Source: Octopus vulgaris
Taxonomy: Eukaryota
DNA length: 64,000 nucleotides
Assembly (NCBI GenBank): GCA_951406725.2
Contig: OX597814.1
Location: 220,906,001 to 220,970,000 of the forward strand
Reading direction: 5' to 3'
A model generated the notes under the pieces. That model was given only the letters and a program-made list of their open reading frames with translations, made no database searches and was not told the origin of the DNA. The translations under genes were made by a program, and so were the position numbers. Of the stretch, positions 44,421-59,133 are shown piece by piece; position 1 is the first letter of the stretch; each line of letters begins with the position of its first letter.

Positions 44421-45324
44421 GAATACTTCTCCGGAGTTCTATTACAGGCGTCCGCTCACGGCAAACAGCAACAACAACAGCAACAAAAAAGGAAAAAAAA
44501 AAAAACACCTAATAATGCTATGTTGTTCAAAATCTAACATTTACAATACAAACGCTGCTCAATTATGTTAAAAATGTTTTTTCTTTCAATTCAAGTCTAT
44601 CTGCCTTTTATTTTGATTTTTTGAAGGCCTAGATTCAAAGATGGAATGTAAAAGAACGATCAGAGAGAAATATGGGAAAACATCTGCGAGTGTATATCTT
44701 CATGCAACAAAAGACAAAGTGATCAGTGAATGCAATTTCTATAAAAATCGAAATCTTGAAACAGAATTTACGACAATCGAGTATTGTCTAGAAGGAAAGA
44801 ATTTTAATATACGTTTTATTTTATGTTCGGCCAAGATTACACGCACACAGACACACCCACACATACATAACAAACATACATATGCACAACCACAACACAC
44901 ATATACATTTATGCCTAACAATAGACAGGTGTACATATACGCAATACACGATACAAACACCCATTCTCATACAATTATAGCTGCATAAACACAGCATCAA
45001 TAATATTATTTCAATTGGAAACAATGGGTGTTTGAGAGGAAAATAACAGTATTTTACTATAGAATTCTATATTGCTCTTTTTTTCTTCTAAAGATGTGTT
45101 TAGTTCGCTGTGCGCACACATGCGCACAAATATAATTATAATTATATATATATACATATGTACATACACACGTATTTATATTATATGTGAAAGCAAATAT
45201 ATATATAAACCACAGTTTTATCCAAGAGTAGGTAAAAGAATATTTTCTGAAAATGATAAGAATAGGGGGAAAAAAAAATCATCATATTTTCATTTTTCTT
45301 TAATATGTATCGAAATACGTTACT

Positions 45325-45352
45325 GATACTGCTGCTGCTGCTGCTACTGCTG

Positions 45353-45394
<42 letters not shown>

Positions 45395-45640
45395 ATAATA
45401 ATAATGATACCACCATCTTTACTAGCAGTAGTGGTGGGTTGTAGTAGTTGTAGTAGTGATGAAGATAATGTTGTTGTTGATGATGATGATGATGATATTG
45501 TTGATGAGCATGATCATGATGATCATGATTTTCAATTATTTATTTGGCCAACGGGTACAGAAATACTATTGAAAGAACGAAAAGAAGACACGAAAACATT
45601 TTTTGTATCGGTCTTATAAATTGTTTTTCAAATATCGATC

Positions 45641-45719
<79 letters not shown>

Positions 45720-45752
45720 AATATATATGTATATATATATATATATATAATA

Positions 45753-45842
<90 letters not shown>

Positions 45843-45928
45843 CATACATAATATATATGTTTAAATATATATTATGTATATATATGTATGTATACATATC
45901 TATATATATTATGTATGTATATAAATAT

Positions 45929-45975
<47 letters not shown>
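45325..45975. repeat. Trinucleotide runs (CTG/CTA/TAA/GAT) and long (TA)n
   Basis: Directly visible. Confidence 0.9.
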
Positions 45976-45979
<4 letters not shown>

Positions 45980-46374
45980 TGTGTGTGTGTGCGTGTGTAT
46001 GTGTAAGTGATAACTTATATTCTGTAAAATAGTAAATAACTAAACAAATGCTGTTCGGTAACACTGATAGACCAAAACTGTTTGAAAACTTAACGCAATC
46101 ATTTAGTTGAATATCCCCCGGAAGAAAAGATCGCTTACTGAAACTTCGTCTTTGCCCAGAGCAATTCCATACAGGAACATGTTCTGTATTTAATTTCAAT
46201 AAAAAAGATTCAGAGAATTTCCCTCGCATTCTATCATTACGTTTAACAACACGTTAGCTGTTAGGAACCTATCCCTGGATTTGGCTTGTTCGGATAATTA
46301 TAATGTTCTTCCAAATTTCACTGGTTCGTTTTTTTCCCATTCTCTAAACTCTTCAATTAACCAATACTCTTTAC

Positions 46375-46602
46375 TCTTTTATACTCTCTCTTTTACTTGT
46401 TTCAGTCATTTGACTGCGGCCATGGTGGAGCACCGCTTTTAGTCGAGCAAATCGACCCCGGGACTTATTCTTTGTAAGTCCAGTACTTATTCTATCGGTC
46501 TCTTTTGCCGAACCGCTAAGTGACGGGGACATAAACACACCACCATCGGTTGTCAAGCAATGCTAGGGGGACAAACACACACACACAAACACACACACAC
46601 AT

Positions 46603-46671
<69 letters not shown>

Positions 46672-46826
46672 TACGACAGGCTTCTTTCAGTTTCCGTCTA
46701 CCAAATCCACTCACAAGGCATTGGTCGGCCCGGGACTATAGCAGAAGACACTTGCCCAAGATGCCACGCAGTGGGACTGAACCCGGAACCATGTGGTTGG
46801 TAGGCAAGCTACTTACCACACAGCCA
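46375..46826 (-). mobile_element. SINE family B, near full length
   Basis: Near-identical to 4690-5098. Confidence 0.9.
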
Positions 46827-47014
46827 TTTCTAATTCTATTTAAAGATATTCATTTTTCTTCACGTAATACTATAGTCACCTTTCTGTATGACTTTACTGA
46901 ACCTAATGCTTGATTTTAATCACTCTCATAATCCTTTCTCATAAATGGTTGTAGGCGTCTGTAAGCTAATGGCGAAATCTATTAACAATGATGTTTTACA
47001 ACGTCTTGCATCTT

Positions 47015-47061
<47 letters not shown>

Positions 47062-47069
47062 CTTTCGTG

Positions 47070-48100
47070 ACTACTACTATGGGATCCGCAGAACCAGATC
47101 CACAAATGACGACTCTCTTACGTCACTTACTAGTATACTCTCCCTTGAGGGAATTTCGGTCAAAGCAGTGTTATTGCCCAAGACATCACCAAACACATCG
47201 ACCATATCTGGTGTGTATATTTCCTCTTAAAATCTTCTGCTGAGGGTTATACTCTCTCTCTCTCATCTTTTGGATCTGTAACTTTCTATCAGATCATCGC
47301 ACCCTTGCAACACTTGTTGACGGAGCTCTTAATCTTTCACTCCTAATAAACTATGCTTTGCTCCAGGGTTCGTTTTTTTCTTCTCCTTCTCACTTTCTTC
47401 TGTATATCGATGAACTGCGTAATGTCTCATAAAACATTGGATTCCTTCTTAATCCTCACGAACCATGTATCATCCACACAGAACGCGACACTGTACCCCA
47501 AATCTGAACTGATTCCTTGTGTAGAAACCTTGAAAGAGTCCTCCAGTGGGGTCTTCATTCTTTTAGTAGCAGAAAAAAAAAAAGAAAACAAAATCAGGCC
47601 TTACTTCATGCCAAAAAAAGAAAAAAGAAGAATCATTATAGCGCACACCCCTTAAGTATGAGGAGCACACAGCTAAAATCCTCACGGTTTCGCCAAATGT
47701 GTAATCTCACTATAATCAAAGATTTCTCCTGTCGAAAGCACATTCTCAACATAGCTAGGACCGCAATAAGAAGATGAAGCCACTAGTCTCCAAGGGCTCT
47801 CAAAAGTAATGAGGACTGCTCTCTCATCGAAAGTCGGAAAAAATTCCGAAAAGTTTGCCAAACTAAACTATCAATTAATCTCGATATATGCCAGCATAAC
47901 CAACTGATCTACTCCAAGATTTTCAAATCCTTTGGATTTCTCCTTCATCTCCAAATAGAACCTTCAATCTGATGTCACAGTTTCATTACCATACAATCAT
48001 AAGACGACTGCTTTTTAAAACAACTCATAGTCTCTTAATTTATCACAAAACCCCTAGTTTTGGAACTCCCTGCTACTTTACCCAGAAGAATTATATGTAG
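47070..48100 (+). pseudogene. Decayed CR1/Jockey-group LINE RT fragment
   Basis: YGIRRTRSTND (cf. QxGFRxxRST), FWICNFLSD (cf. WIxxFLxDR), PQGS-like CCAGGGTTCG. Confidence 0.5.
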
Positions 48101-48379
48101 AAAATTGTCCTCAGCCAGATGATTTTTGCAATATTGTCACGCGTTTAGAGAACACATTAAAGTATTCTTTACGTTGGACACAAACGGAGAAGTTGAGTTT
48201 TTAATGAATTAAAATGATAAGACTGATAGTTGATTTGCAACTCTAACTAAGAGAATTATACAGCAGCTGGTTAATTTTGCATTTTATAGGTATTTTGGCA
48301 TAAATGAAAGCAAAATTATATGTGTGAAAGCTGTGCGTCAGAAAAATAAATATTAATATTATAAATAATATTTAAAGAA

Positions 48380-49520
48380 AATTAAAATCACTCTAAATAC
48401 AAAAACACTAATTTGAATAGCAAGAACATTACCAGTGCTATCAACATATTTGCAGTATCATACACAGAATACAATTCTACAATATTAGGTTGGAAAGTTT
48501 CACATTTAGACGCTATAGAGCAGATCACTAGAAATCTAATAAAAACGTCACACTATAAAAGAGATTTGACATTTAATGACTACATTCCAAGAAGAGAAGT
48601 TGGAAGGGGATTATTACGTGTGAAAAAATATTCCAAGAAGGCAGATATTTATGTTGCACACTACCTTTCCAACTGACACGAAAGCCTGTTACGTATCCTT
48701 GTTAATATGATGGGAAGAAAGGTAGCAGTTTGATTTGGTTTTCAGCTGTTAGACTCTAAAGCTGTCAGCAGAGAAAAGAATAGACATAAAAATGCCATAT
48801 CTAATGGACATAATTATAATTAATCATAAAGACGTGTCATTATTAGGCAGCTACTTCAGTGATTTAAATAATTCAGTGCAAAAATTATATTTGCCTTTTA
48901 TTAGAAACTGAATGAAGACAAAATGACAGAACAGAAGCGACAACATTTGCTACGCAGCGATTTGGACATCAGAAGAGAGCACAGACTGATTCATCGTTTA
49001 ATAATTGTTACACATTACAAATGTTGTCTGCGTGGTGTGTTTTCAGAAACAATAAACCGCTCTCTGTCAGGATGTCAGTCTCTTAACTCCTTCAAAATAT
49101 ATTTAGAAGCAAATATGTTGCAAGTCTTGTCACTCAATTTCTACTTGTTAAAGAAAGTTAGTAGTTGCTCAAAGTTCCACCTACGTTAGAAAATAACAAA
49201 TGGAACAGTCTAGGTATCTTCAGCGTATAGACGCATCATAATCTAGCAGTCAACAAACCTGACATAATTTTTCCATTACAAAAATGACAATACAGTGATA
49301 ATAATTGACTTATGAATACCAAGTATCGATAACGTTGTGCAGAAGTATATTGAACGCTAACGATAGACAGTGACTTAAATGGATCGTAAAAGCAAATCCA
49401 TTATATCATTTGTAATATTTCATCTGGAATGATGCTCAATAAGTTTTGTAAAGAAATTTTGACGTTACTTATGAGTATAGGCGTCGCAAATCCAGAAGAA
49501 AAAAAAAGCAATATTGCAGA
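48380..49520 (+). pseudogene. Decayed R4/Dong-clade LINE
   Basis: LNSKNITSAINIFAV...W...LDAIEQITR...YIPRREVGRGL; later NKPDII. Confidence 0.7.
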
Positions 49521-49703
49521 CATAAACATGCCTGTGTGGTTAAGAATTTCGCTTACAGCTGTGAGGTTCAATCTCTCACTATGAGGTATCTTAAGCCTGG
49601 CATCTATTATGTGATAATCCTCGAAAAGTATGACTGCGGAGATTTACATAATACTTTTATTGTAAAATAAAGGACTCATGATAGCTCTCTCAAATAATGT
49701 ATA

Positions 49704-50384
49704 CATTCCTTTATTGCCCACAAGGGGCTAAACATAGAGGGGACAAACAAAGGGATTAAGTCGATTGCATCGACCCCAGTGCGTAACTACTACTTTATTT
49801 ATCGATCCCAAAAGGATGAAAGGCAAAGTCGACCCCGGCGGAATTTGAACTCAAACGTAACGACAGACGAAATACCCATTTCTTTATTACCCACAAGGGG
49901 CTAAACACAGAGGGGACAAACAAGGACAGACATAGGTATTAAGTCGATTACATCGACCCCAGTGCGTAACTAGTACTTAATTTATCGACCCCGAAAGGAT
50001 GAAAGGTAAAGTCGACCTCGGCGGAATTTGAACTCACAACGTAACGGCAGACGAAATACCGCTAAGCATTTCGCCCGGCGTGCTAACGTTTCTGCCAGCT
50101 CGCCGCCAATTATTAAACGATGTGTAACAATTATTAAACGATGAATCAGTCTGTGCTCTCTTCTGATGTCCTAATCACTGCGTAGCAGACGAAATACCGT
50201 TTAGCATTTCGCCCGACGTGCTAACGTTTCTGCCAGCTCGCCGCCAATTATTAAACGATGTGTAACAATTATTAAACGATGACTCAGTCTGTGCCCTCTT
50301 CTGATGTCCTAATCGCTGCATAGCAGACGAAATACCGTTTAGCATTTCGTCCGGCGCGCTAACGTTTCTGCCAGCTCGCCGCCT
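49704..50384 (-). mobile_element. SINE family A dimer with triplicated head and captured spacer, inside one TSD
   Basis: TCTCTCAAATAAT(G/A)TATA at 49686-49703 and 50385-50402; 138-bp period at 50047, 50185, 50323. Confidence 0.85.
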
Positions 50385-50835
50385 TCTCTCAAATAATATA
50401 TAATAGATATAATGATTTCTTCCATAATAATCAGTTGTTCGATAGACACAAAAACGGAAATGTGTATTTTTGTGTCTATGTAGTGTCTATGTATGCAGAA
50501 AGAAAGGGTTAGTCAATTAAACCGAGTTCGAGCCTTGACTGGTATGCTATTTGATCGTCATCGTAGAGATGATGGGCAAAGCTGATCTTTGAGGAATGGA
50601 ATCCGAAATGTGCAGAACTAGAACACATTATAAGCTATTTCTGATTTTAATTGAAAAGTAAACAAAAAGTAAAAATAACGTTACAATTATAAACTATAAA
50701 CGTGAATGAATGGCTGCTGTCATCTCATCACGCTGGGGTGATGGCCTCAGACACATTCCGTATTTATGCAGTATAAATAGGCCCAAATAGCAGTGACTAC
50801 AAAATGAACCTCTTTACTGCACGGTCACGTCTGAG

Positions 50836-50873
<38 letters not shown>

Positions 50874-51050
50874 AAAAAACACGCTCACACACGCACAGAC
50901 ACACATAATTTGATAATGAAATGCGTAACAGAGTACTAATCTCGTCTCTCGGGAATTTATTCTCGGACGAGAAATTATTATTTAAGTGTTACAAATGATA
51001 AAATATCGGTTCAAGTGCTTTGATTTGATTAATATTTGATTTGATATAAA

Positions 51051-51700
51051 GCGGCGATCTGGCAGAATCGTTAGTACGCAAAGGCGGCGAGCTGGCAGAA
51101 ACGTTAGCACGCCGGGCGAAATGCTCAGCGGTATTTCGTCTGCCGCTACGTTCTGAGTTCAAATTCCGCCGAGGTCGACTTTGCCTTTCATCCTTTCGGG
51201 GTCGATAAATTAAGTACCAGTTACGAACTGGGGTCGATATAATCGACTTAAACCGTCTGTCTGTCCTTGTTAGTCTCCTCTGTGTTTAGCCCCTTGTAGG
51301 TAGTAAAGAAATAGGTATTTCGTCTGCCGCTACGTTCTGAGTTCAAATTCCGCCGAGGTCGACTTTGCCTTTCATGCTTTCGGGGTCGATTAAATAAGTA
51401 CCAGTTACGTACTGGGGTCGATGTAATCGACTTAATCTCTTTGTCTGTCCTTGTTTGTCCACTCTTTGTTAAGCCCCTTGTGGGCAACACAGAAACAAGA
51501 ATCGTTAGTACGCCAGGCAAAATGCTTAGCGGCATTTCGTCTGTCTTGACATTCTGAGTTCATATTCCACCGAGGTCGACTTTGCCTTTTACCCTCTCGG
51601 GATCGATAAAATAGGTATCAGCTGAGCACTGGAGTCAATATAATCTACTTACCCCTCTCCCTCGAAATTGTTGGCTTTGTGCCAAAAATTGAAACCAGCA
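51051..51700 (+). mobile_element. SINE family A dimer nested within an older family A monomer
   Basis: AGAATCGTTAGTACGC at ~51065 and ~51499 brackets the young dimer (TSD-like). Confidence 0.8.
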
Positions 51701-52319
51701 GGTGATTTGATATGCTTCATATTTCCAAAGTGCTTGGACTAGTTGTTAGGGTGTCGCACTCACAACCACGGTATCGTGGTTTCAGTTACTAAGTGGGGGT
51801 GTTGTCTTGAATTTCTGAGCTAAACACTTCATCTCATGATGCACTGCGATTACTTCAACACATGAGGTGTGGTAAACCGTACACCTCTTCAGGCAACGTC
51901 GATTCGGTGGAGGGTGTGAGCTAATGTACAGCACATGCATTTGATCACTATAAACAAATCATCTGTGCAGGTCATTCAGCAAGAAATAGCAGAACCTTCA
52001 TTCTCGGACTATGAGATACTACCATCAATCTTTCATTATTTGATTTGACTTTATACTGAAGTATATAGTTCTTTCGGCTGCATTCAAATGACCAGAAGAT
52101 GGGCACCCAACGAATCATCCAGTTCCGGCCCTTTCACAGTTCTACCAGTAATTTCTTATACAGCTTCAATGTACAAATTAATAAGGGTGTGGGTATAGTG
52201 AGAACCTACAGAATTTGCTATTTATTTTTGTCTCTGTGTTGCCATATTTGTAAAATAAAAGACGTCAGACTGCTAAATGATTTCTATGCTAAAATGGTCT
52301 TTCATTTGTTATTTTCTGG

Positions 52320-52528
52320 CATAGGTGGAAATATATAAGGGGGTCTACAGAACTTTTTTTTTCTGTAGAACTTTGAAACTGAGTGGGAAGGCTTATAGCA
52401 GTCTGCTGTATTGGAAACAGCAAAGTTTGTAAGAAAGTTCCTCGATATCTGAGGAAACTGGTTGTGACCTCGCATCAAGGACGTTGATTCTGAATGTAAA
52501 ACATTCGTGCATACCTTGAATAATAACG
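52320..52528 (+). mobile_element. R4/Dong-like LINE 3' end
   Basis: QSAVLETAKFVRKFLDI* resembles LQKxAxLGTAxIxRKVL; ends in TAATAA. Confidence 0.55.
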
Positions 52529-52829
52529 CTGCTGCTACTACCAGCAGCAGCACCACCACCACCACCACTACTACTACTACTACTAGTAGTAGTAGTAGGT
52601 AGTAGTAGTAGTAGTAATAATGGCCGTAAATTTTTAAGGTATGGTATGATCGATTGTATCGAGACGGTATTTACCCAGTGCAATATATCTTAACCACGAA
52701 AAGATGGAAAGCGTAGTTGTTCTCTGGAATTCGAATATTATATAAATAGAATATTATGTAAAGACCCAGAAGGATTTCTGCAAGGAATTCTTTCTGATAC
52801 TCTAACGATTCTGCATCAACAATAATAAT

Positions 52830-53040
52830 ACTTTCTTTTAGAGGTACAAGGCCTGAAAATTTGGGAATAAGAGCTAGTCGATTACATCGATCCCACTGTT
52901 TGCCTGGAACTTATTTGATCGACCCCGAAAGGAAAAAAGGCAAGTCGACCTCCGCGGCATTTGAACTCAGAGCGTAAAACCAAAAGAAAAATTGCTGAGC
53001 AATTTCTACGACGCGCTAAGAATTCTGCCAGTTCGCTGCC
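52830..53040 (-). mobile_element. SINE family A monomer
   Basis: Reverse complement of head and central domain. Confidence 0.8.
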
Positions 53041-53564
53041 GTAACAATAAGAATAGTAATAATAACAGCAATAACAACTACAACAACAACCACAAATAAC
53101 TAATACAATAAAAATAGTAATGATTTTTGCTACTTTTGTTGTGAATAGTCATGATTTAGGAGACCCATGGACACATAGATAACTGACTGATCGATTGGTG
53201 AGCGGTGGATATCGCCTGTTTCAATATGATCTTGAAAGACATTGCACATTTTACTATAAAACGTGTTGAAGACAGTAATTTTCATATATTTATATATAGA
53301 GAGTGAGAGGCATAGATAGCTAGAGAGAGACGGGAGGAGGGAAAGTGTGAGGAAGAGAGAGAGGAAGAGAGAGAGAAAGAGAGAGTTTAGGTGAAAATCT
53401 ATATTGTCGTTTCTCGTGAAGTCGCCGTTTCATATGCACCCTGGTGAATTGTGTGCATTGAAATTGTCTTCCATAATGGTATATAGCATTAAGTTTAAGT
53501 AATAATAGTCTATTTGAGGTATGGTAGCTTATCGGAAAAGTGAAGTGAACGCGTTTCTGCTGGA

Positions 53565-53616
<52 letters not shown>

Positions 53617-56342
53617 TATTTGTATAGTTATATGTATATAAGCATATGTATGTATTTGAATGTACACTTATCGTATGTGAGCGTGTGCGTGCTTGTGTGT
53701 GAATGAAGGAATTTAAAAGGGTTTTATGCAGCTATATTTAAGATGTGCAGTGAGATAGAGCAGTAGGTTTGTAGTTTGTGCCTATCTATATGCACATAAA
53801 TACACACACACACACACATACCCCCCCCCCCACGCGCGCGCACGAACACTCCACATGCCTTCACACTGTACACGCACATTGATTTTTACACATGTTCTTA
53901 TGCTTTATGATCTGAATGATCTTAATGCTTTTGCGTATGTTTTAGTTTAAAATATTGTGGTTTTAATGTTTGCTAGCATTTACAGGATGCTGCATAATAT
54001 ATTTATGTATTGTTTTGCTGTAGCTACTGATAATGTAGTGACTGTTGATGTATTGTTGATGTACCGTTTGTTCTGTTAATGTTCTCTGTGAACTGTTAAT
54101 ACGTGTTAGTCGTCTCTAATACATTTTGATCTGCTCTGCCTTACGGAAGTAATTACAGCTCGGTATTTGTGGTATTTTTATGCATATGTCTGCATTTTAC
54201 TCATTGATTAATAAAATACTTGCTGTTACATGTGTCATTAAAATTAAGTTCTTTAATTACATTCCTTAAGCCGTTCGTGTTGTATTGCGTATATGTTAAT
54301 TATTTTTTTTCATATTAGATGGAGGTGATATTAAATGTTGCTGTTGGTATTCTATTTTAGTAGTGTGTATTAGCAGAGTTTTTTCTTATTCGATTTGTTG
54401 CCATCATTATTATTTGTTTTATTAAATTTTTGTTTTGTAGCAATCGTGATAGATTAAAAATTATTGCTCTGTGTTTTAGACACTCACAGCAGTACTCCAA
54501 CGTTTCATTAGATTCCACTAAAGCGACTAAGATTAGTTAGGGTAATATTTTGGTTACTGCTGTATAAATACTCGGTGAATGTTATATGCAAATGCATTCT
54601 CTAAGTTGATCAACTGGTATGCTCGTTAGAGAGTCGGGTACAGTACTTTGTAGCAATTGTTCCAGTGCTCTGAGTTCAAATACCACCAAAGTTAACATTG
54701 CCTTTCATCCAACTGGGGTCGATAAATAAAGTACCAATAATATACTGAGGTTGATTCTCTTTACATTCTCTCATTTTTGTTTTCTGTTTTTCTTTTCTCT
54801 TCTACAAGAAATCTTTTATGGGCAAACTTTGAAGTGGTAGGCTCCGTTAAGTCTAAAGATCTGCCCAACACCCGACATATGTCACAACATTATCCCTACA
54901 ATTTCCTCAGCGAGTTGAAATCCCTTGGCGAGGCAATATATGTAGATAAATCGTTCAACCCTCCCTTAATTGTTGATTTTGTTTTCTTCACTTTTCTTCT
55001 TAATTTTTGTTTCAGTGAGCTATTCGTTCTGTAGAGCATTTGAACTCTTGAGTATTCTTTTACTCTCATAACTTCATAGCTACATAGATATTTGACTGTG
55101 ATCTACATTTGTGCAACAGTTAGTTGTGGTACCTGGAAGTGCGTACTGAGATCTGGCACAGTAGCTGTGCTGTATCTCACATCACTGTCTGCAAAACTAT
55201 AAAATGTTTAACAGCATTTATCTGTCAATCTTCATCAATCAATCTACATTCTCAACGTAGCTATTCTAATTTCATTACTTACATATTGTTCCGAGATTTA
55301 TTATATAGACGTCTGCTCTAATTGAAAAGACAGCAACAATTTTAAAGAAGTTTATATTTTATATCATCCTGGCTTTTATTTCCATCCATTTAAAAGTGGT
55401 GCAGATTATTCTTTTGTAATGTAGAGGTATGGACTTTGGTGAAAGAGAAGAAATATCGCAATTGTTAGGTTACTAGACTTAATCAGAGCGGTATATTTTC
55501 AATAGTTGATGTGAGTTGTTCGCTATCATGCGAGATCGACTCGACCTTTCTTCCTCCTGGGATCGATAAAAAAATTATCAGTTTAGGTGGTGAGCTGGCC
55601 GATTCCAGTTGTCATTTCTGTGGCGTTTCTTTCGGTCGTAGGCATTCAGAGTTCAAATCTTGCTGTGGCGTCCTTGGGTGGTAGACCTAATCTGTCTCCC
55701 AGTTTAATGGCACTATTGGCTGTTGGCTACTTTCAGCAGAGTCTTCTCAGTGGCAAGCATTCATGCCAAATGTATCTGGTTTGAGGATACTTTTTATCCT
55801 CCAATTTCGGAGGCCTTGACCACTTACCTTTCTTTCTCACTAAGAGATAAAAACACAGATAGATTTGATTCTAGTTTTGTGAGGTATCAAAACGCTCGGA
55901 ACTCATAACTCATTCAGTAAAATAATGGAGCCTATAAAATAACTTCTGCATAATCGTGCATTCTGCTCCAACAAATTATTTCCGTCAAATTATATCCTGC
56001 AATTTTCTTTTAAAAAGTCAATGTGGATAATGTGATTACGGTGAGAGAGTCAAATCTGGCGTGCCTTTGATCATAGGCCTGCTTGATTATGGCAGACTTG
56101 CAGCTAAGTGTCAACAACAACAACAACAACAAAAAATCATAGGCATGGTCTAGATTTTACAATAATGTGGAGTTTGTTACTAAAAGATTTAAAAGATTTA
56201 GTAATGAAGGATTTCTGCTAAGAAGTGAATGGCAAAGTCGTTAGTACCTCGAATGGAATATTTAATGATATCTATTTCGATTCAGTGGGCGCTGACATCA
56301 AATCTTGTTGAGCGGTTACTTAATTTTACGTATTTATAGGTT

Positions 56343-56396
<54 letters not shown>

Positions 56397-57894
56397 GCAA
56401 TTAAAAGCAATGAATGGATAAAACGACAAGAAAGTCGGACGGAATACCTTGTAGTATTTATTCCGGACTGTTCAGTTCTGAGTTCAAATTCCGCCAAAGC
56501 GTGCTTAGGTGATTGATTCAACCCGTCACTCGGTTTAACACCATCACCAAATGAGTCCTTGCTATTGCAAGCATTCGAGTCAAGTTTTCGGTTTGAGAAC
56601 ACCTTCCTTTCCCATTCCCAGCCACCTGTTTCGGAGGTCTGGTGACGGCTATGGACATTAGCTTACTTCCTCATTGAAAAATAAAAAGAGACAGTTCATA
56701 TGAAGCAGTGACCTACAATTCAATAGACCCTCAAGCCCCTTACCAAAAATCGGATATTTATGAGAGTAACAAAATTTAATGTTTCTGCAGTAAATGGAAC
56801 AAGCATGTGAGCGCCGTCTTTATCATTTCTTTTCATGTGGCAGACGTCTCAAGGTATCCTCACCCTACCCACCATCTCACTTTAAGTCTAATACTATTTG
56901 AATGATGAAAACAAAACAACAAAAGGAAAACAAATATAAAACATGAACCAAAAACAAACATCTTATTTATATTCATATAAGAGCTTACCCTCTGCTGCTG
57001 CCATTAACACTAAATAAAACTTACATATTTTTTTTTTACAGGGAAAGTTCATTCAAACCAGCACATTTTTGCCTGGAAGGGATGTAACCAACTTCTTTCA
57101 TGCTGTAGAATGAATTCATTACATAACCAGGTCTCATTTCCGACCAACAGTCAGGGAATGTTTACTATCGGAAACGGAGACGAAAGTCTGTACTTTTAAT
57201 TCTTAATCCAGTTTTATAAGTTTTAAGATTTTTGTATCATTGATATTAAAGCAGCTGGCAGAATAGTACGGCGGGAAAAATTCTTTGTGGCATTTTGCCC
57301 GTCTTTACGATAAGAATTCTAATTCCATTGAGCTCCTTTGCCTTTCATCTTTTCTGGGTCTATAAAATAAGCACCAGTTAAGCACGGGCATCGATGCAAT
57401 CGACTTACCTCGCGACAATTTACGAGCCTTTTGCCAACATTTGAAACCAATATTAAAGGTAGCATTTATATATCTACTTTAATAATACTCTTGTGTTTTT
57501 CTGTGCATAGCGGAACGGGCGAGAATATTAAGGAATTCCCTCGACCTCTGGAACATTTTAAATTACAGTACGGAAGTATTCGTGCCCTGCTTACACTTCA
57601 TGCTATTCCTACTGAAATCCTGGGACCCGAAAGCTATCTGGGTGGATTTCGGATAGTCACCTAAGGGAGACAACCCGTTGCGATTGGCCTTTCCCTTCGT
57701 CTGTGAGTTCAAAAACGATCCACGAGGCCTTTTCTCCCTCCAATTTGAAAAGAGGTTACAGGCTACCGGTCACGGACCTTAGTTGTAAAGCTAAGCGCTT
57801 TATGGACGCGAAATCTTGGGTAACCCTTATAAACCGGCCATAACTATCTTTATGTAGATATATTTATATATCTATATTAATATCTATATCTATC

Positions 57895-57932
<38 letters not shown>

Positions 57933-57935
<3 letters not shown>

Positions 57936-59133
57936 GATTGAGTAAAACGTTTTGCAATATTTGGTTAACCTATTTGCTTTATTTGTCAAGTTACAACAAA
58001 ACAGCCTAGCATTCAATGAGAAGATACCGTGTTGCATCGTCTGAAGCTACTTTCTGCCAGTTCTTTGTCCTCACGCTGATGCCAGTTCTTGTCCTTCGAG
58101 GCAAGGAACTCCTTTACTGAAGCTTACACCTCCTCTTAGGGAATAAAACATCGCGAGTTCAGGACGTGAGCCATGAATCTGAATAAGTAATGATCCGAGG
58201 GAGCCACGTCCGGACTATATGCTGTGTGTGGCATCAGTGAGTTTATTCCTGGTCGTTCGAGCGTATGAGGACTTACGTCGTCTTGCTGCTGAAGACCACG
58301 CTTTCTGTTAACTGATGTCAGGTATTTTTGCCACGCAATGGCATTCATCCGCTCCAGATGTTCGGAGTACAGGTTGGCATGGATGATTCGGCCAGCAGAC
58401 GTAGAGCAGACGTCCAGCAGATGTAGAGCATCAATTTGTGTTTGATCAGGTTCTGGACGCTGGCTTTACTTAACCTCTGCTTATGTATGCTAGGAATGTG
58501 TAAAAATATTCACTTTTCATCATACATTATTATCCTATTGAAGAAACGCAAACCACAAGGGGTTTTCCAGGAATTCCTTGCAATCATCCATATTCCTCTG
58601 TTCTTGAGCTGGGATCAATTCGTGAGAAACAATTCGGCAACTCCGGATGTTTTACCGAGGCCGTGGAGGTGACGAACCATACCGAACTGTGAGATGCCGA
58701 GTTCGCCTGATACTCTCCGAGTGCTACGCGCCGGATTTTCCTGTATAGTTTGGAGCACTGCCTCAGAATCCATGGTTTTAGGCCTACATAACCTCACCTG
58801 ATTGTCGAGGTTTTGAACCATCTGCTTACTGTGCTGAGATCAACAGCGCCTTCATCTTTTGCGTAAATGTTTTGGTTGCTTCCGCGGCTCAGTTATGGCT
58901 CAGTTCGAACTCGTAACGCTTAAGTTCCCGAAAAAGACTACGTTGCACGTTCATCTGTGCGGCTTTCAAATTACATACGGAGTGAAGCAAAGCGCAACCT
59001 GTCAGCGCACCAACTACCACGATACTATGAATTTTAGCGGGTACCGTCCACGGCTTGAACTGCTTTGGTCACTCGATACACACGCTGCAAACTAGCACGT
59101 ATATAAATATAGTAAAACTTTTGACTTGCCTTT
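57933..59133 (-). mobile_element. Decayed mariner (DD34D) transposon
   Basis: PHTAYSPDVAPSDHYLF; N-terminal HTH ENPARSTRRVSGELGISQ; imperfect TIRs CAAGATTGAGTAAAACGTTTTGCAATAT / ATATAGTAAAACTTTTGACTTGCCTTT. Confidence 0.75.

Noticed and set aside
45305-45619. Signal-peptide-like poly-Leu plus acidic ORF
   Set aside because: Made of CTG/CTA/GAT trinucleotide runs with no splice or homology support
50047-50384. Repeat-spacer pattern resembling CRISPR
   Set aside because: Repeats are SINE heads, spacers are near-identical, context is eukaryotic and there are no cas genes
53526-53537. TAGCTTATCGGA resembling the 5' end of miR-21
   Set aside because: Only 9 nt match and no precursor hairpin
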